A stretch of 64,000 bases of DNA from Podarcis melisellensis (lineage: Eukaryota). Shown piece by piece: positions 41,560-52,900 of this stretch. Position 1 is the stretch's first letter; every line of letters begins with the position of its first letter. The notes beneath the pieces were generated by a model, which worked only from the letters and a program-made list of their open reading frames with translations, searched no databases and was not told the DNA's origin. The DNA lies in assembly GCA_964234715.1 (NCBI GenBank), contig OZ174275.1, one strand, 5' to 3'. The translations under genes and the position numbers were made by a program.

Positions 41560-41797
41560 TACTAAAGGACACTCAAACTCAGGACACAAGGGAGAAACGC
41601 GCCAAGACGAAGGCATGCTTGGTAAATTCACACTGTGATCAACTCCAGCCCGGCAACCAATGTCCCCACTGTGGAAGGACGTGTGGATCCAGAATTGGCC
41701 TCCACAGTCACTTAAGAACTCATTGTTAAAACCGTGTTTATGGAAGACAATCTTACTCAGCTACGAGTGGTTGCCAAAGAAGGAGCAAGAAGAACCA
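41560..41797 (+). mobile_element. RTE-clade LINE 3' end
   Basis: C-terminal C2H2 finger CPHCGRTCGSRIGLHSHLRTHC*, short 3'UTR and (GAA)-type tail. Confidence 0.75.
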
Positions 41798-42177
41798 ATA
41801 ACAACACTTGGCCCACGTTTGATTTGCCAGCAGCTGGTATGCAGAGACAAACTAGCCATGCTGATCCTAAACCCATCCAGTAAAAAGTAATCCTGTTACT
41901 TTAAGTAAGACTTCATTTAAGGTAAGTGAGTAAGGAGCACCATCTTACAGCACCAACTCAGGCAGATTCGGCCACCCACCCACCTACCCGCTTTGATCTA
42001 GCTGCATATACTCCAAATACAGAGGCAACGTTCATAGATAGCATCATAGAGTTGGGAAGGGGTCCCGTGTCTCATCTTGTCCAACCCTGGAAGGAATCTC
42101 AGCTAAATCATCCATGGCAGATGGCCATCCAACCTCTGCTTAATCCTGTAGCAAGAAAAGGCCACATATAAGGTACA

Positions 42178-42948
42178 TTTATATGCAGATGACACAACCT
42201 TGATGGCAGAAAGTGAGGAGGAATTAAAGAACCTTTTAATGAGGGTGAAAGAGGAGAGCGCAAAATATGGTCTGAAGCTCAACATCAAAAAAACGAAGAT
42301 CATGGCCACTGGGCCAATCACCTCCTGGCAAATAGAAGGGGAAGAAATGGAGGCAGTGAGAGATTTTACTTTCTTGGGCTCCATGAGCACTGCAGATGGT
42401 GACAGCAGTCACGAAATTAAAAGACGCCTGCTTCTTGGGAGAAAGGCGATGGCAAACCTAGGCAGCATCTTAAAAAGCAGATACATCACCTTGCCAACAA
42501 AGGTCTGTATAATTAAAGCCATAGTTTTCCCAGTAGTGATGTATGGAAGTGAGAGCTGGACCATAAAGGCTGATTGCTGAAGAATTGATGCTTTTGAATT
42601 ATGGTGCTAGAGGAGACTCTTGAGAGTCCCACGGACTGCAGGAAGATCAAACCTCTCCATTCTTAAGGAAATCAGCCCTGAATGCTCACTGGAAGGACAG
42701 ATCCTGAAGCTGAGGCTCCAACACTTTGGCCACCTCATGAGAAGAGAAGACTCCCTGGAAAAGACCCTGATGTTGGGAAAGATGGAGGGCACAAGAAGAA
42801 GGGGACGACAGAGGACTCGATGGTTGGACAGTGTTCTCGAAGCTACCAGCATGAGTTTGACCAAACTGCGGGAGGCAGTGGAAAACAGGAGTGCCTGGGT
42901 GCTCTGGTCCATGGGGTCACGAAGAGTCGGACACGACTAAACAACAAC
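42178..42948 (+). mobile_element. BovB (RTE) LINE, 5'-truncated at the RT active site
   Basis: YADDTTLMAESEEELKNLLMRVKEESAKYGLKLNIKKTKIMA...EIKRRLLLGRKAM...LEKTLMLGKMEG.RRRGRQR.RWLD; end GAGTCGGACACGACTAA(ACA)n; TSD aaggtaca (42170-42177, 42949-42956). Confidence 0.95.
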
Positions 42949-43039
42949 AAGGTACACTGCGTATACTCAGGCAGCTCCCCTCCTCAGGGTGACTCTTCGC
43001 GCCCCAGCCCTGAAATGACGCTGAAAACGGTGCTCCTGG

Positions 43040-43900
43040 GGTTCAACTTAAGCCCCAGTATCTCGGAGCCAGTAGCTCCCCCTGCTTCTCCAGGCCGGGC
43101 CCGCTAAGGCTTCTCCCAACTGCCTGGCTGGGCGCGCAGCGGCCTCCTCCTCCTCTTCTTCCCTCCCGTCACGTAAGCGGCAGCGGGTCACGTGCCTGGA
43201 GCCGGCAGCGGCGCGAGGGGGGGGCGGAGGCAGAAAGCCCGGCCTTGTGTCGCCCGGACGTGCTCGCGCCATGCTGCTGCCGTTGCCGCTGTCGCTCCCC
43301 GGCGGCCGTTCCCCGCCGAGGCCGTCCTCCTTCCCGCCCCTCCTCGCCCTCCTCCTGCTCGCCCTGCTGCCGGGCCCCGCGCGGCCCATCTCCTTCCAGC
43401 TGCCGGGCAAGGCCCGCAAATGCCTGCGCGAGGAGATCCACCGAGACATGCTCGTCACCGGCGAGTACGAGGTCGTCGCCCCGCCGGGCTCGTCGAGCGG
43501 CCCGTCCGCCAACCTCAAGGTGCAGAGGGGAAGCGGGGGCTTCGCGCGGGGGGGACACCGGGAGGCTGACCCAGAACAGGCGCAGGCCGGCAGCGCCCCC
43601 ACCCCTCGCCCCTGCCCACCCCCCCGCCCGTGTTATTCACAGCGCGCCGTGAGAGGGCGGGGAGCCGCGGGCGGAGGCGTTGCGTAGGCCTCGGGGCCCT
43701 ACCGGCGGCTCTGCTGCCTTCCAGGCCCTTCCCTTGTAAGGACACGTCAGCTTTGCGCGGCTCTCCTGATAAGGCCGGAAGGCGGAACTAGGCCTCAGCT
43801 CCGGGCCCTCCTCTGCTCTCTTGAGGAAACCCTCTTCCGTGCCTCGTACCCACGACAGCTCTTTTAACTTCCCATCTCTTCCCCACCCCCGCCCTCGCCG
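43040..43900 (+). promoter_or_regulatory. TMED10 CpG-island promoter / exon 1 region
   Basis: Very GC/CpG-rich; GC box GGGGCGG ~43221; E-box GTCACGTG at 43187-43194; spans ATG 43271. Confidence 0.85.
43271..43519 (+). CDS. TMED10: TMED10 coding exon 1 (249 nt)
   Basis: gcgccATG Kozak context; MLLPLPL...[22 protein letters not shown]...ANLK; donor AAG|GTGCAG. Confidence 0.93.
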
Positions 43901-46900
43901 AGTTTTGCCCTCCTTAGTACAAGTTACAGGTAGGTAGCCATGTTGGTCTGCCATAGTCGAAGTAAAATAAAATTTAAAAAATCCTTCCAGTAGTCTCTAA
44001 GATGCTACTGGAATGAATTTTTTATTTTATTTTATTTTATTTTGTTCCTCCTTAGTACAGTAGTCCTTTGCTTTCGTGCATGCATCACATGCAGCCCATA
44101 ATCGGAGGGGGCTGTTGCATCCTCAGAATAAGAAGTGGACTGAAGAACTCCATCCCAAGTTTCAAGAGGAGGAAAGTATTCCTACCCCCCCACCATAAAA
44201 CAGGAAACAAAGAGAGTGGTTGTTAGGCTGCCAGGTGAAGGAAAGATGAATTCCAGTGATGAAATGGTGCAATGGTTTGTAGCTTTCACGACAGGAGTGA
44301 ATCTACCAAGACAGATGTATCCCCAAGCTGTGAAAAGTCAGGGCTCTGTGACACGGTGTTCAAAATTCCCCAGGCGCCAGGTCCATTTTGCTATTGGGGC
44401 GAGTCCAGTTGCAACAATGTGGTGGAGATTTCTTGCCAGGTTGGCAACTGGCATCTCTATCGAGCCTGCTGATTCAGGCACAGCAAAATACATGTATTGT
44501 GCTTCTGCACTGCTGTGTGAATCATGGACCCCTTGCTGGGCATCTTAGTCCTCCATTGTCACATCAAGGAAAGTAAGTGCAGGGCTGAGTACAGATATAG
44601 CTGACTGTCCCGCAGCTTTTCCACAGGCCACACAAATGGAACTTACTGACCACAGTTAAAAAAACCTCTGCCTTAAGTACATAGTTAATACCTTTTCCAC
44701 TGTGTGTGTTTCTCCTCACATACTGGGACAAGTGAATTGTGGTAAGAGTAAGCTATAGTCAGCCAGTGTAGTTGAGATCATAGAATTGTAGCATTCAACG
44801 GGACCTTTAGGGTTATCTAGTCCAACCTGCTGGCAAACAGACATTCTGTTGGGGTGGCCACAACTTAGACTTAAGGTGCCATTTAGCGCCTAGCTTCTAT
44901 ACCTGAGTTTCTAACACTGCTGTGACATTCTGATATAGTTTTTGCAGCTGCTTTTGAATATAAGAGCAGAACAATTTGTTACAAAGCATATGGAGCAGCC
45001 CCATTTTGAGCAATCATCCTGGTACTAATATAGTTAAACTTGGCCCATGTTCAATTATTGGTACGTTGTGTGTTCCCATAGGGTTAGATATTAGCCAATA
45101 CTGTAGGGCCCTTGAATTATGGCTGTTGCTTTTCAGCAGCAACTCCAGGTTCTTTCTTGTGTTGATCTGTCCTAATTGACCAAGAAAAGGATTTTGCTTT
45201 GGTCTTGGATACCACGCAGTATGACCAGTCTGGGGAAGAATAATTGCAACTACTAGAGTGACGTGTCAGTTTTGGGATACACAGTCTGTTACATGCAACA
45301 GAGACTGCATTCCTAACCACCCTTCCTCTGGAATAAATCACATTGAAGTTGTGGGACTTATTTATGTCTGAGTCAGCATGCATAAAACCAAGCAGAAAGG
45401 CCTGTGGCCCAGGTTTCTGTATATTAGTAGTGGGTAGATTTCATGCTGGCAGGATCTCCTTTGCTTTATTACTAGAATACTAACAGCCACCAACCAAAGC
45501 CAGGTGCAAAATAGTGGCTAAAGAGGCAATGTACTTTTGAAATAAATGAAGAGGATGTAACCCTGGAATTTGTTTTCGTTCCACAGCTTTCCTCTCACAC
45601 AAAAAAACTATTATTGGTTTCTAATATTCCCTTCCTTCATTATAGTAGTCTAATTTAGAAGAAATTAGGGACAGGTTGGCGTAATGGTTAGACTATGACC
45701 TGGGAGACCAGGGTTCGAATCCCCATTCAGACATGAAGCTCAGTGGATAACCTTGAGCCAATCACCATCTCCTAGTCTAACCTACCTCACAGGGTTGTTG
45801 TGAGGATGAAATGGGGAGGAGAACCATGTATACCACCTTGAGCTTGGAAGATATAGGTGGTATATAAATGTAATAAATAAATATGTGTTGGAAGGCACCC
45901 TAAAGGTGATCTCACCCAGCCCCTGTTCAGTGCAGGTTCTGTTACATAAGGTGTAACTACAGCACCCCTGACAGATAGCTCTCCACCCTCTGTTTAAATA
46001 TCCCAGTGAAAGAGAGCCCATCTGAGGCAGTCTGTTGTTCCCTTTTATAACAACAAATAACATAAGATGAGTCTGTTGGGTCAGACCTGTGGCCCAGCTA
46101 GTCCAGCATCCTTATCTCACAGTGGCTGACCAGATGCCTGTGAGAAACCTGCAAGCTGGACACGAATACAACAGCGCTCTACTCAACCATGATTCCCAGC
46201 AACTGATATTCAGAGGCATGATGCCTCTGACAGTAGAGGTAAAACATGGCCAATCATGGCTTGTAGTTGTTGTTGTTAGCCTTGTTTTCCATGAATTTGT
46301 CTAATACAGTACTCTTTTAAAGCTCTTAGTGTGTGGAAGTTAGCTGAAATTTGCTTCCATGGAATTTTCACCTATTGCTTTTAGTCCTGCCCTGTGGAGC
46401 AACAGAGAAGAAAAGTATTCTCCATCTTTTCATGACAGCCCTTCAATATATTTGAAGACCATCATCACATTCCTCCTCCCTCCCCCTCCATCTTCTCTAG
46501 GCTAAACACCCCCTAGCTCTTTCAACCGTTCCTCATAAGACTTTGTATCCAGGTTCCTCACCATCCTCTTTTGGACAAATGCTTCCCGCTGTGGAAGTTC
46601 TTAAGCTGTCAGAAAGATTCTGGGAGTTAAAATGTATTTTTAAAAATTAGTTGTATCTCTTGTAAAAAGGTGGGTGGATTCTGCCCCCCTGCCCCAGTTC
46701 TGATGGTACCTTTATAAGTACTTTTTACACCATGTTGTCTGGTGTCCATTTGCCCCCGTGCCTCTCTGTGTGTATGCTTTCCTTCATGAGACTTAGAAAC
46801 AAAAAATTGTAAACATATAAAAATTAAACAGCCTGCTTATGAAAGTACATTTTTCAGAAGTGCAGCACTACACATGTACTTGCGGGTTGGGTGGGTGGGA

Positions 46901-49900
46901 GTTGGATGCTACTACACAATGGCTGCTTTCACCCATAAATGCTACAAAGCATGAATTGTCCTGTAAATTAGCAAATCAGCCATGACTTGTTTCTCCAAAG
47001 CTTGGTTTGTTTTCCAACTATTCTTGCCTTGTGGCTCTGTAGCTTGGAGTGGGGTTGGCAAACAAATAATGGTTAAGCAAAGCTGTTGGGTTTAGACACA
47101 ATATAGACCAATATATAGTTAGAATCATAGAATTGTAGTGTTGGAAGGGACCCCAAGGGCCATCTAGTTCAACCCCCTGCAATGCAAAAATTCTGCCCAC
47201 ATTCTGTCCTGGGTAGGCTCGAACCACAATCCTTCTGGTTAACAGCCAGTCACACTGACCCATTGTGCCAAAGGAGTTAAAACACGCCATGTTTCATAAG
47301 CCAGCGACAAACCATGGCTTCACATAGTTTATGGCTAGCAAACAAACCACCATTAATACACTGGTCTGGGTTCAGACATCAAAACAAACCACAATTTGAC
47401 TAAATAAACATGAAGTGGCATTAATTACCTAAAACTGCTGTTAATGATGCCTGTGTTTCACCCCCACCCAAATACTCATCCAGGAGTGATCTAGCATGCT
47501 GGTCAATGAAGTCTTAACTTAGTTTGAGATTGTACATTAAGCATTCCTTCCCCCAGAAGGCCACACTGATATAATAGGGTGTGTTATATGCCAGCAGCCT
47601 TTGTTGTGTCCTGACTTTGGCAACTGATGAAATAACTACAGAACAAATATGCTCTGCTCCAGGCATGTACAGATCTTATCTGAGGCCTGGGGTGGGAGTC
47701 TTGTTAGAATAAAGTTAAAAATTCAAGCAAAAAAGCAGTTGGTCCCTGGTAGGGACCCCCAGCCTGCTTACCCCTCCAAGGCCTGGGGCAAGTGTACCTG
47801 GCTGCCCCCATGTCTGCATGGGCCTGCTCTGCTCATTCAGAATAAAAAGTTTTAAAGTCTGGGGTTTTTTGACCAGCTGCTCACATTAGCACCTTAACTT
47901 GTCAGGGTAGACAAGTTATTAATGATCACACATTAGTTTATTTTCCAGAGACAAAATTCTCTTCTCTCTTGAAGACCTTAGTCTCAGATCAGCTGTTGAC
48001 TGGGATTTATCATTTGCAGTTAACAGTGATTCTTTGTCATGCCATTTTCACGTGTTTTAATGGCTCATCACTGTGGTGCTTGCTCTCTGATCATGACATC
48101 CCATAATTAACAGTTAGGCTTTCCGTTCTGGAAGAATGTACCCAATGTGCTAGTTGGTTACGTAGTGGAGGTTCTTTAATGGCTCTCATCCTACTTGATC
48201 TCAGTCTCGTGTGGGTGCTTATTGTTCAGGCTGGCAGTATGGGGAGAAAAGCTGTGTTTGTGAAGGATGATGATGTTACTGTGCATAATGCCAGAGTATT
48301 GTGGTGGAACATTCCCCCCTCCCTGAATGGCTGCTCCCCCACAATTGTGTAGGCTGACTTTTAAGCAGTTTGCCCATACTAGGTATACTTAGGGCAACGT
48401 GCCTGGCAGTATGTAGGCAACTATCTTGTTGTGCCAGATGAAGAGAAAAGTAGAGCTGGCATAATATATTTTTGGACGTGGCCCATCTAATGGTGGAAAG
48501 GAACTAGTTTGTGTGTGCATGCATCAGTCACTTCTTTATGGAAGAAACATGTTTAAGGAGAAGCTATTACTGCAGTAAACAAGGCCTCACATGGCTTTTA
48601 ACATGCTCTCATGGGGCCTTTAAAGCTTGCTTTATTTTATGTTTGCTCCTTTGGCAGTGGGGGAGCATACAAATGTGCTGTCTCCTAGAGCTATTAGTTA
48701 TGCAATTATAAATTATGCAATTATTGTCTGGTCACTGTAAATCCCAAACTTGTCCTACTCAGAGCTGCGGATAATGTATGTTTTGTAAAGTGAATGAGTT
48801 CATCCCCCCCCCCCCCAGTTCCCACATCTTCTTCTGACTTTTGTTTTTAGTGGATGCTTTTATGGGAATGTCTTCAACTTAACATGCCAGAGGCTAATAA
48901 TGGAGACGGTATAAATAAATTTGAAATTAAAATTTTAGCAAAAATCTCTTCAACTATGGTGGGGACAAGGAAAGCACAGAAGTCAATTGCCCAAGTGTTC
49001 TAGGAAAATCTTTGTCTTCTCTTCCTCCCCCTCCCATAAAATTTAACATAGAACTTGGATGTTAACAACTTTGCCTCTCTTAATTTTCATATTTCCTACA
49101 GATTACTGACTCAGCTGGGCATATTCTCTATGTCAAGGAGGATGCAACTAAGGGCAAATTTGCTTTCACCACGGAGGATTACGACATGTTTGAAGCCTGC
49201 TTTGAGAGCAAGCTCCCTGTGGGTAAGTGTGATAGTCCCTGTTTGGTGCTCCTGGTATGCCTCTTCTCTACTTTCTCATCCATCTCCTGTAGGATCCATT
49301 TAAAAGGGTAATGTTGAGCAAGGGCCAGGGGTATCTGCTTTGCCAAGTGTTTTGAGGTCTTCTGGACTGAGAGAGAACATTTAATCCCAAGGGAGTCAGT
49401 TCCTAAAATTACTAATGAATGCCAGTTGTTGCATTCCTTCCCAGAAGTGTTTGCATTTGAGCAGTGCTGAAATCACAATTGCCCACCCAAAGGAAATTTT
49501 ATAATCCAGAATGAGACACAAGAAAAACAGGGTCATAGAAGAGGACTGGTTGGCTATTACAGAAATCTTAAGAGTCTCTTCATGAAAGAAGTGCTTTGCT
49601 GTCTTCCACAGCAGATAGAGATGTGCAGTTACTGGAATTTTATTTAGGAGAGGGCCCAAATTCTCCACACTGTAGCCTATACACACCTGACATTGAGAGG
49701 GCACGGGCATAACCAACTGTTCCCAGCCAGTAAACAGAGAGTGGAAAGGAAGGAAAACAGACACTGCAGTTGATTCTCCTTTCTGCTTCAGGTAGAAATT
49801 AACACCATTGTTCCCTATTCATATGAGACATCCAAGAGGGATTCCACCATCAGTACGCTGAATTTTCTGTACAAGAGGGCAAGGGAATACTAACTTTGGT

Positions 49901-52900
49901 CTTTATCATTCCCTCACTTAGCTAATACTCTTTCTGTGCTGTGTGGTTCCTCAAAGCCAGTGTTAAGTCTTATTGTTCCCTACTCTATTGGTCCATGCAC
50001 CCCTGCTTGTTCACTTTCCACTTCTTGGAGATGGAACTCAGTCTCTTCATTAATCAGTTGCTAGCATCTCTAAACCAGCCAGAAACCCTTTTCTTGTAGA
50101 GACGTGGCACTTAGTTATAATGTTGCATTGGTATATTCTATCACGAGAGGAAGAAGGGGAAGTGTGCAGGACGTTGATTATGTACCCAGATCTTGAGGGC
50201 AATTGCTTAACAAGTCTTAGAGCTGACATTTCCTTTGGGAGTGACGCATTTGCCCCTCTTCCTCATGAAGATTTGGGTTGAAGTTTAGGGCAAATAGTCC
50301 ACAACACCTCCAGGCATATTTAACGCTGCTTCTTAACACAAATGGACAGTGGTCACCTTGTTGAGATTCAAGGGAGCTTCCTGCTTTCACTGTCACTGTT
50401 GGAACTTCTAGGTCATATATGTGTCTTCTGTGCTATGAGCCCATGATGTACTTAGGTGGGACAGTCTCAATGTTCTGAATCTCAGAGATTTATTTATTTG
50501 TTAATTTTGTGCCCTTCCTTTCCACAAGTTAACAGTAATTCAAGTGCAACAAAATATTAAAAATACAATCAAACAGCAATAAAAGTTTTTTAAAAACACA
50601 CATAAAAACAAACAGGTGAATCAAAAGACTTGTTAAAAGCAGCTAACAACATACTTACCAGTGAGCATATGTGTTATGGCCTTTCTAAATGTAAAAATAC
50701 CTCTAGTCTACCAACAGAGGTCTATACTAGAAAAATTATGTTGGAGTGAAATTCACTACTGTTTTTAGGGGAAGAGTATATTCCTTGGCTAAAGTTGTAT
50801 GCTTTCTGAGAACAGAAGAATATAGGTGTGGGATTTTATTAGAATACTTTTAAAATGCGTTAATCTGATTACATGGGTGACGTAAATGTAACAGCATCAT
50901 AAATGGGAGATAGACCTAAGTAGGCTCTTTAGTGCTATTTAGTAGCATCAGCAAAATAGTGTATAAGGCTCATAAAGTGGAGCCTCATGACTAAACTCTA
51001 GGCTTTAAATTTAATATATTTATTAAATGATTCAAGAGTAAAGACAATCAGAGATGGTAGGTTGCATTAAAAATAAAAGATTATCAAAATACCCTGTATT
51101 GACAAGGAAGGATCCCAGGACACTATACTGAGCAGTGTCCATCAAAGGCAGATGGGGACAAAGCAGCTATGAATTCTGTTGATAATACAAAAATTTAGTT
51201 AGGTTTGTCAGATTCTCCCTGTATGCATGAATGGTGTTGTTTAGCCTACCAAGGAAGATTTTAAGAGGTGTAAATTTGAGGAGATATTTCTCTTCCCTCC
51301 CTTCTAGACACACTGTGAAAACATGCAAAACTTTAGTTATGTGATTGCTAGCTTTGGGGGTTATGCCTTAATAGTTTATTGTGCAGAAAAAGGGGAAGAG
51401 GTTGTTACAGACTGTTTTTGCCTTTTGAAGGATGTTGAATTGTCTGTGTCCCAAGATAACTAACGGCAGCATCCTGTTCATCTCAAACCTTGGTAGTTCC
51501 TATTACCAGCACAATGCACTGTAGTAGAGTGCCCCTAAACAAATAATCTCTACAGTTCTTTGTATTATTAGATTGGCATTAAGTTTAGACATGTTTTCTG
51601 CAGAGTAGCTGAGGACCCTGTGGCGGTCAATAGCTGTAGGGTTTTAGCTGCCTTGAGAAGGCAGAGCTGCAACATTTGGGCGGTTGGGCCAGGTGAGGCC
51701 TGAGCAACTGTGATTTCTCAAGCACTTGGCCACAAAAATGAGGAAGAGGAAGCGAAAGGCACAGCTTTTTGCGCAGGGACCCCAGTAGAGGGAAGAGCTG
51801 CCTTGCAAGACTCAGGGAGATCCCCATTGTGAGCGCTAAATTGTTATCCCAGAGCTCTTCCCTTGCGTCACACATTCTGCTTTGGGGGCAGCACAGTTGT
51901 GCTTGCGTAATTCTATGCTTGTAATAATAAAATAATAATTAAATTATTATTTATATGCCACATATCTGACTGGGTTGCCCCAGCCACTCTGCTTCTTGTA
52001 TTGTATGTGGAAGCTTGGAATATATTGCATGTGTTACTCACTTGCCTTATTGCTATTTTGTATCCTCCACACCAGAATGATTTTTAATGATCTACTATGT
52101 AAAAATTAATTCTCCATAAGTATTACTATTTTTTTTTTTTACAACAAGCACATGTTGAAAGCCTAACCTGGAACATTCCTTTCATTCTCTTGTTCACTCT
52201 TTATTTATCTATTTATTTTGCTGTTAAAAGTGGAACTTTGTTAAAAAGGTCCTTCCCACAGGACCCATAACCAGAAATTGTTTCCTAACCATCAAACCTT
52301 AAGTGACTTTTTTGAATGAGAGTCAGACATACTTCATAACATTGTGTAACCAAAACAGCCTTAATTTTATTATGAGCTTGGATTTAGTCCAATTCTCTAA
52401 GCAGATACTGTGCTGAGACTAGATGTTGCTGGATTCTTGGTTCTGATCTGAGGAACAACTTTGCAACTAAAAGTGCATGATCTGTAGGTTGCCTTGTTGT
52501 AGTGTAAATAGTTATCCCATATTGATTTTTATATGTTCATCAATTCCAGACTGTTATGGGCAGCGTTTGGCTAGAATGTTGTGCAAACTATTTTTCATAT
52601 AAAGCCTGCATTAGCAGTGATTCCTGCATTTCAGGAGATTGGACTAGATTGGCTGCCCTTCTCCCTCCTCGGGGAAAAGCCCCCAAGAGCCACACACACA
52701 CTCCGCACACTCTTTAAAGGGAGCGTGGCTCTTGAGGGAGCCTTCCTCCCGCTGCCCGGAAGAGGCTTCACACAGCTATCCCAGAAGCCAGAACAGCAAG
52801 AGGCTATCCCAGAAGCCAGATCCCTCTTGCTGTTCTGGCTTCTGGGATTCAGAATTCCCCCCCCCCTTGTTTTCCTCCTCCAAAAACTAGCCGTGTCTTA

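Noticed and set aside
43048-43954. Several overlapping ORFs of 76-184 aa around TMED10 exon 1
   Set aside because: CpG-island artefacts; only the 43271 frame matches TMED10
47200-47277. tRNA-Asn gene
   Set aside because: Stems are degenerate and it is fused to a CR1 tail, so it is a SINE head, not a functional tRNA
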